Both the position numbers and the translations under genes were made by a program. A DNA stretch of 62,993 nucleotides, filler included, from Reticulomyxa filosa (Eukaryota > Protista > Foraminifera), in NCBI GenBank assembly GCA_000512085.1. It is 17 parts of 17 records of this genome, joined end to end, with 100 filler letters (N's around TTAATTAATTAA, not from the genome) between each part and the next. Parts side by side here need not be neighbours in the genome. Positions count along the whole stretch, not along the records: positions 61,485 to 62,993 come from ASPP01004021.1; 16 more parts are not named here. One strand, given 5' to 3'. Below, one piece after another: positions 61,485-62,993 of this stretch. The notes beneath the pieces are model-generated. The model ran no database searches. It worked only from the letters and a program-made list of their open reading frames with translations, and was not told the origin of the DNA. How positions within the stretch are numbered: the stretch's first letter is position 1; each line of letters opens with the position of its first letter.

Positions 61485-62787
61485 AACGGACAGTCTGTCA
61501 AAATTGGCTGACTCACACCTTTGCCGTGTACTATTCGTTCCATTATATCGTGAATCTGCTCCTTTGCCTTCGTCGCACACCATCCTTCCGCTACCACTAC
61601 GTTATTGCGCGCCTTTTGTCGAAATTTATTGAGTGTTACTCGAATCCCTTTTTCTTGAATAAGTGTGATCTTCCATCCTTTCAATTGCGTCGCCGCTTCA
61701 CGCATAATTCGCATCAACAATTTTTTCGTGGCCAAATGCGCACGCTTATCTTCCGCTCTTTCGCTTTGGGCTTGTTGCAACAACACCTCACGTGGTATCT
61801 CGCTGTCCGACTCATAGCATACAAAGATATTCATGAATTGACACAGTCGTCGCAACAATCGCTGGAATTGATTGCCCAAAAAAAATACTGCAAATACCAT
61901 TCTGTCGTTCGATATCGCCTCGAATTGCACCAATGAATTCCCACGCGTTGTCAAATACACTTGACGCTCAAATGACACGCGCTGTGCGTTCGTCACCACG
62001 CCTGCGATATATTTAAATGCTACGTCGTCGGGTCGACGCTCATCTCTTGGAATCAGAGGCACCGCATCTTCGCTCTCCGCTAAACCCAAACGCTCTTCCA
62101 CGAGTGCAATGCGTTGAGATAGAAAGGTCTCCATTTGCGATAACACCTCAATCTTTGCCTGCACACACATAATTTCATATACAAATTCACACAAAATTAT
62201 TCTTCTTGTTCTTACAAACGTATACCATCAAATCATTGCCTCACTAGTACATTTATATATATATATGTGTGGGTATATGTGTTCGTAAACATAATTATAG
62301 TGATTCATACCTCTCGCTCTGACAATTGCTTGTGCAAGTCTTTTTCTGCACTACCTTGACTTTTCAATTCAGAGTATGTCTTATTCACATCTTTCTATAA
62401 ACAATTGTTATTATATTATATATATATTTACATACACATATATAATCTTTGTGTTTATATGTGCTGTGGTAAAACACAACGAACTGCTATGGTATCAATG
62501 GTTGTTCCTCTTGGACGAGTCTTAAGATCATTTGCTGAGACATCACTTTCAAAAGGTACTTTGTATTCTCTTAATTGTGCTTCAATCTCTTTTATTCTTC
62601 TTTCAATTTCTTGTATTTTCATAATATCTTTGGTATATGCTCTTTGAAAAGGCTGAAAACCAGCATTCAAATCAGTAAATTCCATACATGCTTCTCTTCC
62701 AATATTGTCAACAAATTCTTCTGCGACTGCAGAAGGAAGAAGTATTTGCACATAAGACATGTCTTCGGAACGAAATCCAGACCACAT
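61485..62787 (-). CDS. ATP6V0A: V-type ATPase V0 subunit a, 5' part (3 exons)
   Basis: FRSEDMSYVQ, FTDLNAGFQPFQRAYTKDI..IERRI, IAGVV..FERQVYLTTRGN and VVAEGWC. GT-AG introns. Truncated at the spacer. Confidence 0.93.
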
Positions 62788-62993
62788 TTTCAAGTAGTAC
62801 GAGGCTTAACAATAACAAAACAGGATTGCAATTTTAAGAGGAAAAAATTCAACAAAAAATAAGAGTTGAAACTTTATTTTAGTTATTTTTTTTTCTGCTT
62901 CCTTTTTTTTTTAAAACTGATAATAACAATTTAATCAAATCATGTAAATTCTTTGAATAAATGATTTAAGCAAATAATTTTTTGATATTCACT

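Noticed and set aside
1-62993. A functional gene cluster across the window (separase, MNS1 and the LOTUS protein as a meiosis cluster; VTA1, NPRL2 and V-ATPase as a lysosomal cluster)
   Set aside because: The genes lie on different contigs, so their proximity is an artefact of concatenation.

Overview
This is AT-rich, intron-rich eukaryotic nuclear DNA and it is not one locus. It consists of 17 separate contigs joined by 16 identical artificial 100-nt spacers (44 N + TTAATTAATTAA + 44 N), so adjacency across a spacer means nothing and many genes are cut at contig ends. The WD40, Kelch, TPR and TRAF-type zinc-finger families seen here resemble my recollection of the expanded families of the foraminiferan Reticulomyxa filosa (inference, not searched). 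The standard genetic code and short GT-AG introns (mostly about 55-150 nt) explain almost all gene models. Well-supported genes: separase, Sec1/Munc18, MNS1, an NDP kinase with an N-terminal membrane anchor, NPRL2, VTA1, V-ATPase subunit a, an ABCC transporter, a HECT ligase tail, a DYRK-like kinase, a CAMK-type kinase tail, a SAM methyltransferase, an FN3-TLDc protein, CAP-Gly proteins and a TRAF/RING-type zinc-finger protein. Less certain calls are Tweety/prominin-like, WWE and SGNH fragments, plus several pseudogenes. The most interesting candidates are a protein with repeated LOTUS(OST-HTH)-LOTUS-RRM modules, the membrane-anchored NDK head-to-head with MNS1, an orphan gene preceded by a long GC-cored hairpin and two near-identical intron-like repeats, a foldback-like contig, and a TPR-WD40 chimeric pseudogene. 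I found no rRNA, tRNA, CRISPR array or intact transposase. All gene models and homology calls were made by eye.
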